Origin: an uncultured candidate division Zixibacteria bacterium
GTDB lineage: Bacteria > Zixibacteria > MSB-5A5 > UBA10806 > 4484-95
Reading direction: 5' to 3'
Length of the DNA: 64,000 bases
Assembly (NCBI GenBank): GCA_963668625.2
Contig: CAXXKA010000008.1
Coordinates: forward strand, 960,001-1,024,000
The position numbers and the translations under genes were made by a program. Positions 1 through 11,574 of the stretch are shown here, piece after piece; the stretch's first letter is position 1; every line of letters starts with the position of its first letter. The notes beneath the pieces were generated by a model. The model saw only the letters and a program-made list of their open reading frames with translations, was not told the DNA's origin and made no database searches.

Positions 1-518
1 TACACGCCAAAAATCCCCCCCAGAGAATGCCCCGAATATATTCGATATGGCTCCGTCGGGTACTTGCTCTCGATATAAGGCATCAGTTCGTATTTCAGGA
101 ACATCATGAATTTATCCGCTTCGCCTTCGTACTCCTGATATCCGGGTTTATATCCCTCCTCGAATTTCGGGGCCAGATCCCGGTCGCGGCTGCTATGCGG
201 GATAGCTACCATAATCATTTCGGGGATATGGTCACAGGCAGATAAGAACGAGACTATGCCGCTGGAGTAATGAAAATTACTACTGCCATCGGTTATATAT
301 AAAACCGGGTATTCGTGCTCGTGAAGGTCTGCGCCGCGCGGCAGGTATACGAGTAAATCCCGATCCTCATCGAGAATACCCGAGTGTACGCGATGAGCAT
401 AACCGACATACACCGGCGCGGTTTTTATTTCGCTCTGGGCCGACACGGATGAAGTGCCGAGCATGAAGAAAATAGAAGCTAATATTATGATAACAAATAT
501 GAATTTACCGCTTTTCAT
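1..518 (-). CDS. Secreted alpha/beta-hydrolase (IroE/Fes-like esterase), 5' part; runs off the window
   Basis: Manual translation from ATG at 518: MKSGKFIFVIIILASIFF...VYLP...YPVLYITDG...RDRDL...GHSLGG nucleophile motif; RBS GAGG upstream. Absent from the ORF track because there is no stop in the window. Confidence 0.85.
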   Translation of the reverse strand, partial: MKSGKFIFVIIILASIFFMLGTSSVSAQSEIKTAPVYVGYAHRVHSGILDEDRDLLVYLPRGADLHEHEYPVLYITDGSSNFHYSSGIVSFLSACDHIPEMIMVAIPHSSRDRDLAPKFEEGYKPGYQEYEGEADKFMMFLKYELMPYIESKYPTEPYRIYSGHSLGGIFGV

Positions 519-652
519 ATATTCCTCACTACCTTTATTCATGGATCCTGATTTCTTGCCAAACGTGAATATATACCACTTTCATCTATTTATACAATCG
601 ATACGGTATAAAATTTCAGAATTTATTGTATCTCGCGGCTAAAAAGCACAAC

Positions 653-1693
653 TTAGCTTTTCGATTCATCATCCCGGCTCTTACGTTTTCTGGCTTCGTC
701 CTGCCAGTCGACCGCCTGATCGGTCTCATCGACGATCTCGGTGCCGAGAATAGTCTCGATCAAATCCTCGAGAGTAATTAAACCTGCTACTCCGCCAAAC
801 TCATCGACGAGTATTGCTATAATATGTCGTTTCTTGAGAAAGTTTTTCAGAAGAGTCAAGCAATTGGCCGATCCGGGAATGTAGTTGATCTCTCTTACAA
901 TCGATTCGACCAGCGCCGATTCCTGATCGCGGGCTTTAGCCAGGATGATATCCTGGGCCATTACATAGCCTATTATTTTCTCGCGATGCTCCTTATAAAC
1001 CGGCACCCTGCTGAATCCCTTGCCCTCTATTTCGTTAAACGCTTCTTCCACAGTCATGAAAGCATCCAGCGAAAAAATCATCGTGCGTGGGGTCATGATA
1101 TCCCGGGCGCGCATATCCTCCAGTTTAATGATGTTTTTTACCATTGAACTCTCATCATGAGATATCTCGCCCTGGCTGGCGCCCATTCTGACCAGCGCCA
1201 ATATTTCATCCTCGGTAATTCGACTAACTTTCGTACCCCGCGTAATAAATGATGAGAATTTCTCTGTCAGGAAAATCGCGGGATAGAGTAGAAATCGTAT
1301 TAGTTGAAGCGGGTAGACGATCAGCGGCCATAGTCTGCGCCAGCGCACAACGCCGATTGTTTTGGGCATAATCTCGGATAAGAACAATATTCCCAGTGTC
1401 AGGGCTATGGGGAAAAATGCGAACATAGACGGAGATAACACTTTAGCGGCATACATGCCGGCTAAGGTTGCGCCTGTCGTGTTGGCGATGGTGTTCAATA
1501 TGAGTATTGCCGCGATCGGTTCTGAGATATTTTGTTTCAAGCGGATGAATTTAACGGCCAATCGCCCCATCTGCTTGTTGTCGCGGGCGGCCTCCAGGGT
1601 GCTCATCCGGGAGGAGTAAAGAACAGCCTCATAAAGCGAGCAATTAGCAGATATAAAAAGAGTGAAAAACACTACTATTATCAGAATTGACAC
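653..1693 (-). CDS. CNNM/DUF21 + tandem CBS domain membrane protein (HlyC/CorC family)
   Basis: N-terminal TM segment SANCSLYEA, ILILNTIAN, SEIMPKT, IMTPR, FSRVPVY, VDEFGGVAGLITLEDLIETILG.EI.DETD. Confidence 0.92.
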   Translation of the reverse strand: MSILIIVVFFTLFISANCSLYEAVLYSSRMSTLEAARDNKQMGRLAVKFIRLKQNISEPIAAILILNTIANTTGATLAGMYAAKVLSPSMFAFFPIALTLGILFLSEIMPKTIGVVRWRRLWPLIVYPLQLIRFLLYPAIFLTEKFSSFITRGTKVSRITEDEILALVRMGASQGEISHDESSMVKNIIKLEDMRARDIMTPRTMIFSLDAFMTVEEAFNEIEGKGFSRVPVYKEHREKIIGYVMAQDIILAKARDQESALVESIVREINYIPGSANCLTLLKNFLKKRHIIAILVDEFGGVAGLITLEDLIETILGTEIVDETDQAVDWQDEARKRKSRDDESKS

Positions 1694-1828
1694 ATCTATC
1701 TCCTAACTATAAAACAGTTACTTTCGCGTATGTCATGCTTTTAAGGATAAATATCGTTTGCATTTGTTAAATATTAATAAGTAGAAAATCGAAATTTGTC
1801 AATTGAAAAGCGGCAATTATCATGGCGT

Positions 1829-3123
1829 GATCTTATCAAGGGAATTGTGTAAATTTGTAATGATTTTCAGATTTTCGGTTATCCAGCACATAAGCGACTA
1901 TTCCATAAACGATTCGATCAACACTTTTGGCATTAACAAATTTCCTGAACGGTTTTATCCTCCTTTGCAATTCCTCCAGATATCGCTCCAGAGGATTATT
2001 GGTCTTTATTTGAGTTCTTTCAGGTTCAGCATATTCTCGATAAATCAGTGTTCGATCAAAGCCGCGAATAAATGATCGAACAGCTTTAGGTTCTTTCAAT
2101 CGCCATTTGGCCTTGAAAGCTTTCAATCGTGCCTTCAACTCTTTCTCCGTCTCGGCCTGATAGACCGCAGCAGCATCCCTGGTGATTCGGCTGCGGTTTT
2201 TACGTTCATCCAGATTCTGGCTGATATTCGACAGCTTGTGGAAGACACATTGCTGTGATTTCACCCGCGGATATAACCCGGCCAGAGCTTTAATCAGCCC
2301 CTTACCACCATCGTGAACAACAACCTCCAACAAATGACCGCGCAGACCTCGCTGCTTGAGATCCGACAGAAAGCCCCACCAGTAGGCCTCGCTCTCAGAG
2401 CCAGCCAGCATGAAGTCGATAAGCTCACGGCTGCCATCGTGACGGACACCGTAGGCCACAAGCAACACCTTCTTCACCTTAACCGGAGAGGTTATCTTCA
2501 CCCATAAACCATCCAGATGAATAAAACGATAATCATCGCCCAAAGCCCGACAGTGGAAGCTGCCAACCTCATCGTTTAATGCCTTAACTACGTTCGAGAC
2601 AGCCTGGGCGCTGATGCTTTCACCATAGGCCCGCTTGAACATCCGTGCTGTCTTGCGGGTAGAATGACCAAGCAGAAAGCCCTCTAAAATCAGCCGATCC
2701 AATAGCTGCGAACGCCGTTTGTGCTTCCGCAAGACACTCGACTCAAAGCTGCCATAACGCAGCCGGGGAACCTTTACCTCCTCTAACCAGCCGTATAAAC
2801 TCAGCAAACCCCGACGGTAATAACCATTCCGATAATCCGCCCGCTCCTCACTCCGCTCATACTTTCCGCAGCCAACCGCTATCCTAAACTCAACATTCAA
2901 CATCCGTTCCAAATGACGGCGAGCATGCTTCAACACCACACCCCGAACATCCTCCTCCCAATAACTCTTGACTCCGGCAAATACATAACCTACATTTTCA
3001 TCAGCAAACCTAAGTGGTTTCACGGGTATATCCTCCTTGAAGATTAGCGTTTTCTGCTGGATATACCCGTAATTCTTTAATACATCAATAAATACAAATT
3101 TACACAATTGAATTTACACTAAT
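1829..3123 (-). mobile_element. IS256-family insertion sequence, apparently intact, with 8-bp target duplication
   Basis: Direct repeat CATGGCGT at 1821-1828 and 3124-3131; both ends carry AATTGTGTAAATTTGTA 14 nt inside the terminus, as in IS256 ends. Confidence 0.9.
1836..3023 (-). CDS. IS256 (Mutator) family transposase
   Basis: YRNGYY.R, VPRLR, LDG, DLKQRGL, DG.KGL, Q.C.FH, TNNPLER motifs; likely GTG start at 3023 after AAGGAGG. Confidence 0.92.
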   Translation of the reverse strand: MKPLRFADENVGYVFAGVKSYWEEDVRGVVLKHARRHLERMLNVEFRIAVGCGKYERSEERADYRNGYYRRGLLSLYGWLEEVKVPRLRYGSFESSVLRKHKRRSQLLDRLILEGFLLGHSTRKTARMFKRAYGESISAQAVSNVVKALNDEVGSFHCRALGDDYRFIHLDGLWVKITSPVKVKKVLLVAYGVRHDGSRELIDFMLAGSESEAYWWGFLSDLKQRGLRGHLLEVVVHDGGKGLIKALAGLYPRVKSQQCVFHKLSNISQNLDERKNRSRITRDAAAVYQAETEKELKARLKAFKAKWRLKEPKAVRSFIRGFDRTLIYREYAEPERTQIKTNNPLERYLEELQRRIKPFRKFVNAKSVDRIVYGIVAYVLDNRKSENHYKFTQFP

Positions 3124-3315
3124 CATGGCGTCTCCCTATTTCAGGAATTTGGTATAAATCACCTGGTTTAGATCCGGGTCTATTATTGAAGCTAATTCTA
3201 ACAATTCATTGACATTTAATTGAACTAAATTTAGTTTATATCGATTCATGAATTTGGTGCTTGATGGAAATAAATCGGGATCGGGAATAGAATTCTTGCC
3301 CATTAAGGAAATATT

Positions 3316-4578
3316 GTGCCTTACAAGTTGTTAGATTATAATAAATCAAATCCTGAACCGGTTATATCCCCCCCTCGGGTGAGCCCATCACGAACAAACA
3401 CTATATGCGATAAACCTCACCTGATGTTTCTGGTGCATGAAAGGTCTGACAGTATTGGCGGCGTTCAACGTCACAGCGCCCGTCTTAAAGATGGCTTGAG
3501 CTACAAATACGAGATTGAGAGATTCAACTGGAAGGGGCCGAAAAACAATTTGCCGCTGAATTTCCCCGGTTTGTATCTGAAAGCCAGACGAAATGATTAT
3601 GGCTTTATCTATTGTGATGATGGTGTTTCCGCGATCGTCGGCACCAAGGTATGCAAGCCACTGGGAAAAAAGATTATGGCTACGGTTCATGGTCTTGATA
3701 TAATCGTACCTCTGCCGGGCTATCAGCCGATTATCACGAAGGCGCTCAAGAGGCTCGATAAAGTGGTTTGTGTCAGTCGGGCTACCGCCGATCAGGCTAT
3801 CAGGCATGGCGTGGAGCCTTCCCGGGTGAGGATTATCCCTAATACCGCAGAGTACGTACCCGAGGTTACTGTTAAGAACGAATCGTTATACGAGCGGATT
3901 GAGGTTCAAACCGGGATTGATCTGCGCGATAAAAAAGTACTATTCAGCCTGGGCCGTCCGTTAAAACGTAAAGGTTTCGACAGGTTTATCGAGAAAGTCT
4001 TTCGTTATCTTCCCGAGGATTATGTTTATATTGCTGCCGGGCCGTTGCCCTCCAAACCAGCCTGGATAAAAACCGCCGGATTTTTACTTGGCGCCGAGGT
4101 CAAAAGAAAGATAGAGCTGGCGCTGGGCGTGTATACGGTTCATGATGAGCTGCTGAAATTGAGTAATCATCCCCGGGTGTTCTATCTGAATGGAGTCTCC
4201 GAGTACCTGAGAAATCTGCTATTTGCCGCCTCGGACTTATTCGTTATGCCAAACCGAACCGTCGAGGGAGATATGGAGGGATTCGGTATCGTGGCCCTGG
4301 AGGCCGCCGTGCGTGGCGTGCCTGTTATCGCCACCGGTATAGAGGGAATTACTGATGCCGTTATCGATGGCCGAAACGGTTACTGTGTGCCAGAGGGGGA
4401 TGATACCGGTATGGCCGAGACGATTAAATCTTTGATAGATAAGCCGGAGCGATTAGCCGAGTTAGGCGCTACGGCCAGGGAATTTACCCGGAAACGTTTT
4501 TCCATCGACTCGATTGTCGGCAAGTATGAAAAGCTGTTCGAGGATATACTACGGAACGGACACGATGCCGCTCACTGA
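3316..4578 (+). CDS. Glycosyltransferase family 4
   Basis: GGVQR, TVHGLD, KRKGFD, DLFVMPN...EGFGIVALEAA.G.PVIA. Confidence 0.92.
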   Translation: MPYKLLDYNKSNPEPVISPPRVSPSRTNTICDKPHLMFLVHERSDSIGGVQRHSARLKDGLSYKYEIERFNWKGPKNNLPLNFPGLYLKARRNDYGFIYCDDGVSAIVGTKVCKPLGKKIMATVHGLDIIVPLPGYQPIITKALKRLDKVVCVSRATADQAIRHGVEPSRVRIIPNTAEYVPEVTVKNESLYERIEVQTGIDLRDKKVLFSLGRPLKRKGFDRFIEKVFRYLPEDYVYIAAGPLPSKPAWIKTAGFLLGAEVKRKIELALGVYTVHDELLKLSNHPRVFYLNGVSEYLRNLLFAASDLFVMPNRTVEGDMEGFGIVALEAAVRGVPVIATGIEGITDAVIDGRNGYCVPEGDDTGMAETIKSLIDKPERLAELGATAREFTRKRFSIDSIVGKYEKLFEDILRNGHDAAH

Positions 4579-5663
4579 AAACCCGCTTAAAAAATCCCAG
4601 TCGATAAACCGCAATGGTTTTGATTTTCATCGGGTACTGAAAATTATCTCGTTTTTTATCCCGATCGCGGTAATCGGTAATGTGGTTTACGCCGTGATTG
4701 GTTCAGAATCGGGCATATTGGAAAAATTCAGTCATTATAAAATCGAATATCTACTGCTCGCCGTTGGGCTGGTGCTTGTTCCTGTAGTTTGCCAGATGCT
4801 ACGTATACTACTGTGGAGCCGGAAATTCGAGGTGAAAATAAAACCGATTGAGGCGTTTTAAAACCTCCGTTATAGGCGATATAGGCAGCGCGGCCACACC
4901 CACGATAATCGGCGGTGGTTACCTGAAACTACTTTTTCTGGTAGGTTATGGCTATAATCCCGGCCGGGCTACCCTCCTGATGGTGCTCGGTTCGCTCGAG
5001 GACTTGTTATTTTTCTCGTTGGCTTTACCGGTAATGATATACCTGACACATGCCTGGGATAATCCATATGTTTTAGCCGCGGTGAAAAATCTGGTTTCGC
5101 ACTGGCCGGCGCTGGTGGGGTTGGCGGTTGGTATATCGGTTATCGTCTATTTGTATAATCGCAAGAAAAGGAGAATGGAAAAAAGCCGGCGCAACGGAGA
5201 GTCCAGCGAGCAACAAGAAATCGGTTTGTGGGGAAAGCTGGTACTCAAGTTTCGTCACTACAAAGAGGATTTCCTTCAAGCGGTGGTTTTCATTACCCAA
5301 AAAGGCAAAGGTACATTATTGCTGGCAACAGCCTTAACCGGAATAGGTTGGGCGTGCAGGTACGCCAGTATAAACGCGCTGGTGCTTGGTCTGGGCTACG
5401 AGGTTGATCTGCTTTTATTTACTCTCTTGCACTGGGTGGTTTTCTCCACCATGACGATGATACCTACCCCCGGAGCAGTTGGTGGGGCGGAGATCTCGTT
5501 TGCGCTGGTTTTCGGGGGCTTATTGCCACCGGGCGTAATCCCGATTATTACCGGTGTCTGGCGATTCGTTACTTATTATATGGTAGTGACGGCCGGCGCA
5601 ATCTATATGGCAATTGCCGGTCCGAAATTTCCCTCAGGTAAAGGTGAGGATATCGAAAGATAA
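4565..5663 (+). CDS. Lysylphosphatidylglycerol-synthase-like TM/flippase domain protein (UPF0104); one frameshift at ~4856-4860
   Basis: ORFs 4514-4861 and 4848-5663 join as IKPIEAF-KTSV if one T is removed from TTTT; motifs TP..GG, PTPGAVGGAE, WRFVTYY. Confidence 0.8.
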
Positions 5664-5843
5664 ATAGTTAATGGATTTCATAGATGCTCGATATGATAAT
5701 TTCATGAGCAGATTTTGCGTGAATTTAGTAAACTTTGTTTGGGATTCGTCGTACAATTACGAAATATTGAAGAATAAAAAGTTTGGTAAATAATTTAAGC
5801 TTTAAATAAACACCATTTCTTCATTAGCAGGAGTGAACATTTA

Positions 5844-8151
5844 ATGATAAAACTACTCGCAATAGTTATAGTTTTTACGACCTTCGCCGTTTCAACCGCC
5901 CAGCAGAACTACACTATAAGCGGTCATGTCAGGGATAAAGAGAGTGGAGAGGAACTTATCGGCACGACTATCTATGTCAAAGCTCTCCAATCCGGCACGA
6001 GTTCGAACGTGTATGGATTCTACTCGCTGACAATTCCCGAGGGTATTTACCTGGTGCGCTACAGTATGATCGGTTACGATGCATACGAGATTGAGATAGA
6101 ATTGACGAATGATATTCGCCATGATATCGAGCTGAAATCCAGCGCGGTCAGGGGACAGGATGAGATAGTAACCGCCGAGGCGCCCGACAGGAATGTAAAA
6201 TCCGTCGAGATGGGGACCGTGGAGATAAACCCGGCGCAAGTGAAATCGGTACCGGTTTTGTTCGGCGAACAGGATCTTTTAAAGACCCTCCAGCTATTAC
6301 CCGGCGTACAGGCGGGTCGGCGAGGGGAAACAGCGGTTTCAATGTCAGGGGCGGAGGTCCCGACCAGAACCTTCTGCTTTTGGATGAGGGCGTGGTCTAC
6401 AACGCCTCGCATCTACTGGGATTTTTCTCGGTATTCAACACCGATGCTATCAAGGATGCCGTTTTTTACAAAGGATCGTCCCCGGCCAAGTATGGGGGAC
6501 GATTGTCCTCGGTGCTGGATATGAAGATGAAAGAAGGCAACTCCAAAGATTTCAGTCTGGATGCCGGGATTGGTTTGATAGCCTCGAGGTTCACGTTGCA
6601 GGCGCCGATTAAAAAGGATGTCAGTTCGTTTATTATCTCGGGACGCAGAACATATGCCGATTTGTTCCTCAAGCTTTCCAGCAATGAATCGATGAACAAG
6701 TCGAAGCTGTATTTTTACGATCTGAACATGAAAACCAACTACCGTGCCGGTGAAAACGATCGCCTGTTTTTATCGGGATATTTCGGCCGGGATGTCTTAG
6801 GCTATGCCGATGATTTCGGGATCGACTGGGGGAACGCGGTCGGCACGTTCAGATGGAACCATCTGTTTAGCAATAAATTGTTTTTGAATACCTCGCTTTT
6901 ATATAGCGATTACGGATATAAGGTCGGCGTATCCAATGGTGATGAATTGGTAAGCATCAAGTCCTCCATAGTTAATCTAACTTTAAAAGAGGATTTCGAG
7001 TATTTCCATAATACAAGGAACACGTTCACGTTCGGATTGGATTATAACCTATCACACATTCAAACCGGGAGTCATCGAGGCTAACGACGAAAGCTCGATC
7101 AACAAGCTCGAGATCAAAGAGAAATATGCTTTCGAAAACGCGCTTTACGCCAATCATAAATTCAAATTTACCAATATGCTGAGCGTGGATTACGGTTTAC
7201 GCTACTCGACTTTCACGCTAATCGGTCCGGGACGAGTAATATGGGTTTGACGAGGACGGCGATATTACCGACACGACCGATTACTCCGGCGGCGAGCTTA
7301 TCAAGCATTATAACCAGGTCGAACCCCGGATCACTTTCAACTACTCATATGATGACGAGAGCTCGTTTAAAGCCTCATACGCTCGTAACACCCAGTTCAT
7401 GCACCTGATATCGAATACGACGACAACTACACCGTTCGATTTATGGCACCCCAGTACGAGTTCCGTAAAGCCCGGAATCGCCGATCAATACGCGGTCGGT
7501 TATTTCCGGAATTTCAACGACAACCAGTACGAGACCTCGATAGAATTTTATTACAAGGATTTGAAAAACCAGATAGATTTGAAAACCGGTGCGAATATAT
7601 TTTTGAATGAATTCATCGAATCCGAATTGGAATTCGGCAAAGCCCGATCATACGGAGTGGAGTTATTCGCCAAGAAGAAAACCGGCAAGCTTACCGGTTG
7701 GTTGAGTTATACCCTGACGAAGACCGAAAAGAAATTCGACAATATCGAAAACGGCGAATGGTACCCGGCCCGTCAGGATAGAAGGCACGATCTCTCGCTT
7801 GTAGGGATGTACGACCTGGGACGCAACTGGACTTTTTCGGCAACCTGGGTTTACTATACCGGCAATGCCGTCACGTTCCCCGAGGGCAAGTATGTCGTCG
7901 ATGATCATCTGGTTAACCTGTACACGAAGCGTAACAGCTACCGTATGCCTAATTACCATCGCCTCGATCTTGGATTGACCTGGGAGGGACACAGTTCCAG
8001 TTGGAATTTCTCACTGTACAACGCATATGGCAGAAGAAACGCCTACTCGATAGAATTCCGTCAAAACGAGGATGATCCCTCGATGACCGAGGCGGTACGA
8101 ATCGCGCTGTTCTCGTTTTTCCCGTCAATAACATATAACTTCTGGTTTTAG
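5844..8151 (+). CDS. TonB-dependent receptor with N-terminal CarboxypepD_reg-like domain; frameshifts at ~6315-6330, ~7046 and ~7238
   Basis: Signal peptide, ISGHVRDKESGEELIG, GEQDLLKTLQLLPGV, VRGG..DQN, YGGRLSSVLD, YHRLDL, C-terminal PSITYNFWF. Frames rejoin after removing extra bases in short homopolymers. Confidence 0.88.
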
Positions 8152-8165
8152 GGAGGATTTGAAAT

Positions 8166-9011
8166 ATGCTAAGCTTGAAATACATTAAATCACGTTACTT
8201 TATTCTTTCGGTTATGATTGTGGTGTTCATGATTCTTACAGGCTGCGAGGATGTCATCGATTTGAATGTCAATAACGCTGAACCACACCTGGTGATCGAG
8301 TCGTATGTTCTGGATGATCCGCCTCTGGCGATGGCGATCATAAGCCGTTCGTCCAACTATTTCGGCAATATAGAAATCCCGATGGTTTCAGGAGCTACCG
8401 TTGTCATTAGCGATGATGCCGGCAACGCCGATACGCTATTCGAATTTCAGGAGGGCGTATATGTCAATCAGTATATTCGCCCCGAAGTTGGCCATACTTA
8501 TACCTCAACGGTAACAGTAGATGAGGTGACTTACACCGCCTCGGCCACATTGCCGGAGCCTTTGAGGATAGATTCGGTTTCCTACGAATACCAGGAAGGC
8601 GGCGGTTTCGGCAGCGAGGAGGATGAGGGTTATATCCTTCATGTACATTTTACTGATAGGGAAGATGTCGAGGAATTCGCCAGGTTCAAGATAACGCAAA
8701 ACGATTCGGTTTGGGAGGAGTACTATCTCTATTCTGATTTTTACAGTGATGGCAACGATATCGATTTTAATTATTTTTACGATGTTTTCCAGCTTGGCGA
8801 TACTGTCGAGGTCGAGGTGTATAGTATGGATGAGACGGTTTACGAGTATTTCGAGATTTTATCAGATGTAGCCATCTATGAGGAAGGCGTGGAGGTCGAG
8901 GGTGAACCCGGCAACCCGCTGACTAACTGGGATAACGGGGCCCTGGGGTATTTCGGAGCTTTCGCGCTGGAAGATCGGATATACATAGTTGAGGACCCGG
9001 ATTCTCTGTAG
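8166..9011 (+). CDS. DUF4249-family lipoprotein (TBDR partner)
   Basis: Lipobox LTGC-EDVIDL, LVIE, P.NPLTN..GALGYF; directly downstream of the TBDR. Confidence 0.8.
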   Translation: MLSLKYIKSRYFILSVMIVVFMILTGCEDVIDLNVNNAEPHLVIESYVLDDPPLAMAIISRSSNYFGNIEIPMVSGATVVISDDAGNADTLFEFQEGVYVNQYIRPEVGHTYTSTVTVDEVTYTASATLPEPLRIDSVSYEYQEGGGFGSEEDEGYILHVHFTDREDVEEFARFKITQNDSVWEEYYLYSDFYSDGNDIDFNYFYDVFQLGDTVEVEVYSMDETVYEYFEILSDVAIYEEGVEVEGEPGNPLTNWDNGALGYFGAFALEDRIYIVEDPDSL

Positions 9012-9097
9012 ATAAAGTATTGAATAATACTATTCATATAAGGTAGTTATTTAGTATAATTATATTAAGTGTATAATTAATTTGGAGGATTCGATAC

Positions 9098-9502
9098 ATG
9101 CAATGTCCGGAATGCGATATCCCCCTGTTGACTGTCGAGCTTGATGAGGTTGAGATAGACTACTGCCCGGAGTGCGAAGGTGTCTGGCTCGATTCCGGTG
9201 AATTGGAGTTACTGACCGAATCCACCTCAGGCAGCAGTGATTTACTCGATAAAATAACCGATGCGGTTGATACCAATGAAGATGACTTGAAATGCCCTAT
9301 CTGCTCTCGAAAAATGCTTAAAGTAGGTTTCGGGGAAAGTTCGGATTTGGTTCTGGATAGCTGCTCCGAGGGGGATGGGTACTGGTTGAATAAAGGCGAA
9401 CTGGAGAGTGTATTAAAGATGCGTCAAGGCGATGACAGAGTCGTCACGCTTTTGAAAGATATTTTCGATTATAAGAGGATAGATAAAAACGAAAGCAGGT
9501 AA
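9098..9502 (+). CDS. Double zinc-ribbon (zf-TFIIB-like) protein
   Basis: CPEC...IDYCPECEGVWLDSGEL and CPIC...LDSC..G.WL.KGEL. Confidence 0.85.
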   Translation: MQCPECDIPLLTVELDEVEIDYCPECEGVWLDSGELELLTESTSGSSDLLDKITDAVDTNEDDLKCPICSRKMLKVGFGESSDLVLDSCSEGDGYWLNKGELESVLKMRQGDDRVVTLLKDIFDYKRIDKNESR

Positions 9503-9505
9503 AAT

Positions 9506-10060
9506 ATGGCAGGTTTTATAATCCTGGCTGTTGTCGCGATAGCAATAATTTATGTTGTCTCATTGTTTAACTCACTGGTGAAACTCAGAAACCAGGTCAA
9601 GAACGCCTGGTCGCAAATTGATGTTCAGTTAAAACGGCGTCATGATCTCATACCGAATCTCGTGGAGACGGCTAAGGGCTACATGAAACACGAACGCGAG
9701 ACATTCGAGGCGATAACCAACGCCCGCAGTAAAGCGATGTCCGCCGGTAGTGTAGCTGAAAAAGCCGGCGCGGAAAACGCTTTAAGCGGCGCGATGGGGC
9801 AATTCTACGTAGTGGTGGAAAATTATCCCGAACTGAAAGCAGATACGAACTTCCTGTCATTGCAGGAGGAGCTTACCTCGACCGAGAACAGAATAGCTTT
9901 CGCCCGTCAGGCGTATAACGATCAGGTGCTGTTTCTGAACAATAAAATCCAGATGTTCCCCTCGAATATCATCGCCGGTATGGGTAATTTCCCGCAGGAG
10001 GAATATTTCGAGATCGAGGATGTCTCTCAGCGCGAAACACCGAAAGTGGATTTCAGTTAA
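9506..10060 (+). CDS. lemA: LemA family protein
   Basis: NAWSQIDVQLKRRHDLIPNLVETAKGY, ENYPELKA, ENRIAFARQAYND. Confidence 0.95.
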   Translation: MAGFIILAVVAIAIIYVVSLFNSLVKLRNQVKNAWSQIDVQLKRRHDLIPNLVETAKGYMKHERETFEAITNARSKAMSAGSVAEKAGAENALSGAMGQFYVVVENYPELKADTNFLSLQEELTSTENRIAFARQAYNDQVLFLNNKIQMFPSNIIAGMGNFPQEEYFEIEDVSQRETPKVDFS

Positions 10061-10069
10061 GGCAGTATC

Positions 10070-11530
10070 ATGGAAAAATTCGGCATGTGGGAGCTGATTG
10101 CGAGTAATAAGCGCAAGTCGGCTATTTTATTTGTCATCATGGGAGTTATTCTCATGGCGCTTTGTGTCCTGTTCGGTAAATACTATTTCCCCGAAACAGG
10201 CCTGGTAGCTTTCATTATGTTCGGGATAATGTTCTGGGCCGTTTACGCGGCGATAGCGTATTTCTCCGGCAGCTCGATCCTTCTGGCTTTAAGCCATGCC
10301 AAAGAGGTTACACCAGAGATACATCCCCGGCTTTTCAACGTGGTTTCCGAAATGAAACTGGCGGCGAGTTTACCCTCGATGCCGAAAATCTATATCATCG
10401 ATGAACCCTCCGCCAATGCTTTTGCCACCGGCCGTGATTTGAATAACTGCGCGATTGCAGTGACAGCCGGGCTGTTGGAGAAACTCGACCGGGATGAACT
10501 TCAGGGAGTTATAGCCCACGAGATGTCGCATATACTGAATCGTGATATTCTGTACATGACATTCGCCGGCGTGACTGTCGGTAGTATCAGCCTGTTATCG
10601 TACTGGTTTCTGCGAACGTTGCGTTTTTCGGGCGGCGGTTCGCGGCGATATCGTTCGAAATCATCCAGCGGAGGCGGGCAGCTTCAGCTAATATTGCTGA
10701 TAGTCTCGATTCTGGGGGCGATACTCGGACCGATTATGGCGCAAATACTGTACTACAGTATCTCCCGCAAACGAGAGTTTCTTGCCGATGCCACTGCGGT
10801 ACGTCTTACCCGGTATCCCGAGGGGTTGGCCAGGGCATTGGAAAAACTGGTCGAGGATGGCGCCACCATCCCAAAAGTAAACGCGGTTACCGCCCCGATG
10901 TATATCGTCAACCCCATTAGTTCCGATAGCGCACAGTTTTCCAGTGTGGGCCGGACTCATCCCCCCATAGATGAGAGGGTGAAAATACTGCGCAGTATGA
11001 TTTCAGGCGCGGGTTATAACGACTATCAACAGGCCTTCTTTAAAGTCATGGGTAACGGCAAATCACTTATTCCGAAATCGAGCTTGAAAGAAAGCAAGAG
11101 TGTCGGCCTCAGGCAGGCATCCAAATCACGGGATAAATCGACATCCGGCAAACGCGAACTGGGTGATCTTCTAAAAGCGGTTAACGATTATTTATTCTTA
11201 ACCTGCGTTTGCGGTTTGAAAATAAAAGTGCCGCCCGATGCTAAAGAGAAAGCGATCGAATGTCCTCGATGTAAACGCTCGGTACATATACCGGTGGCGC
11301 AGATCGCCTCGGTAGCCGGCGCTTTAAGCGGCACCGATAAACTGGCAGGCATGGCGAAAACGAGGCCGGATGAAATAACTGCTCCCGATACTCTCGAATT
11401 CGAGAGAAAAGGATCAGGCTGGCAGACATTTACCTGCGCCTGCGGTAAGCTGCATAATATCTCGCCCCGATTTTCGGCGCCGAAATTTACTTGTAAAGGA
11501 TGCGGCAGGACTATCAAAGTAGCGGCTTGA
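10070..11530 (+). CDS. htpX: M48 (HtpX-like) membrane zinc protease with C-terminal zinc ribbons
   Basis: NAFATGR, HEMSH, SRKREFLAD, THPP; extra CxC...CxxC pairs at the C-terminus. Confidence 0.88.
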   Translation: MEKFGMWELIASNKRKSAILFVIMGVILMALCVLFGKYYFPETGLVAFIMFGIMFWAVYAAIAYFSGSSILLALSHAKEVTPEIHPRLFNVVSEMKLAASLPSMPKIYIIDEPSANAFATGRDLNNCAIAVTAGLLEKLDRDELQGVIAHEMSHILNRDILYMTFAGVTVGSISLLSYWFLRTLRFSGGGSRRYRSKSSSGGGQLQLILLIVSILGAILGPIMAQILYYSISRKREFLADATAVRLTRYPEGLARALEKLVEDGATIPKVNAVTAPMYIVNPISSDSAQFSSVGRTHPPIDERVKILRSMISGAGYNDYQQAFFKVMGNGKSLIPKSSLKESKSVGLRQASKSRDKSTSGKRELGDLLKAVNDYLFLTCVCGLKIKVPPDAKEKAIECPRCKRSVHIPVAQIASVAGALSGTDKLAGMAKTRPDEITAPDTLEFERKGSGWQTFTCACGKLHNISPRFSAPKFTCKGCGRTIKVAA

Positions 11531-11574
11531 TCCTCGTTCCTGAGGTTTCAGGGAGATTTAGAGCGGAGGTTAAT

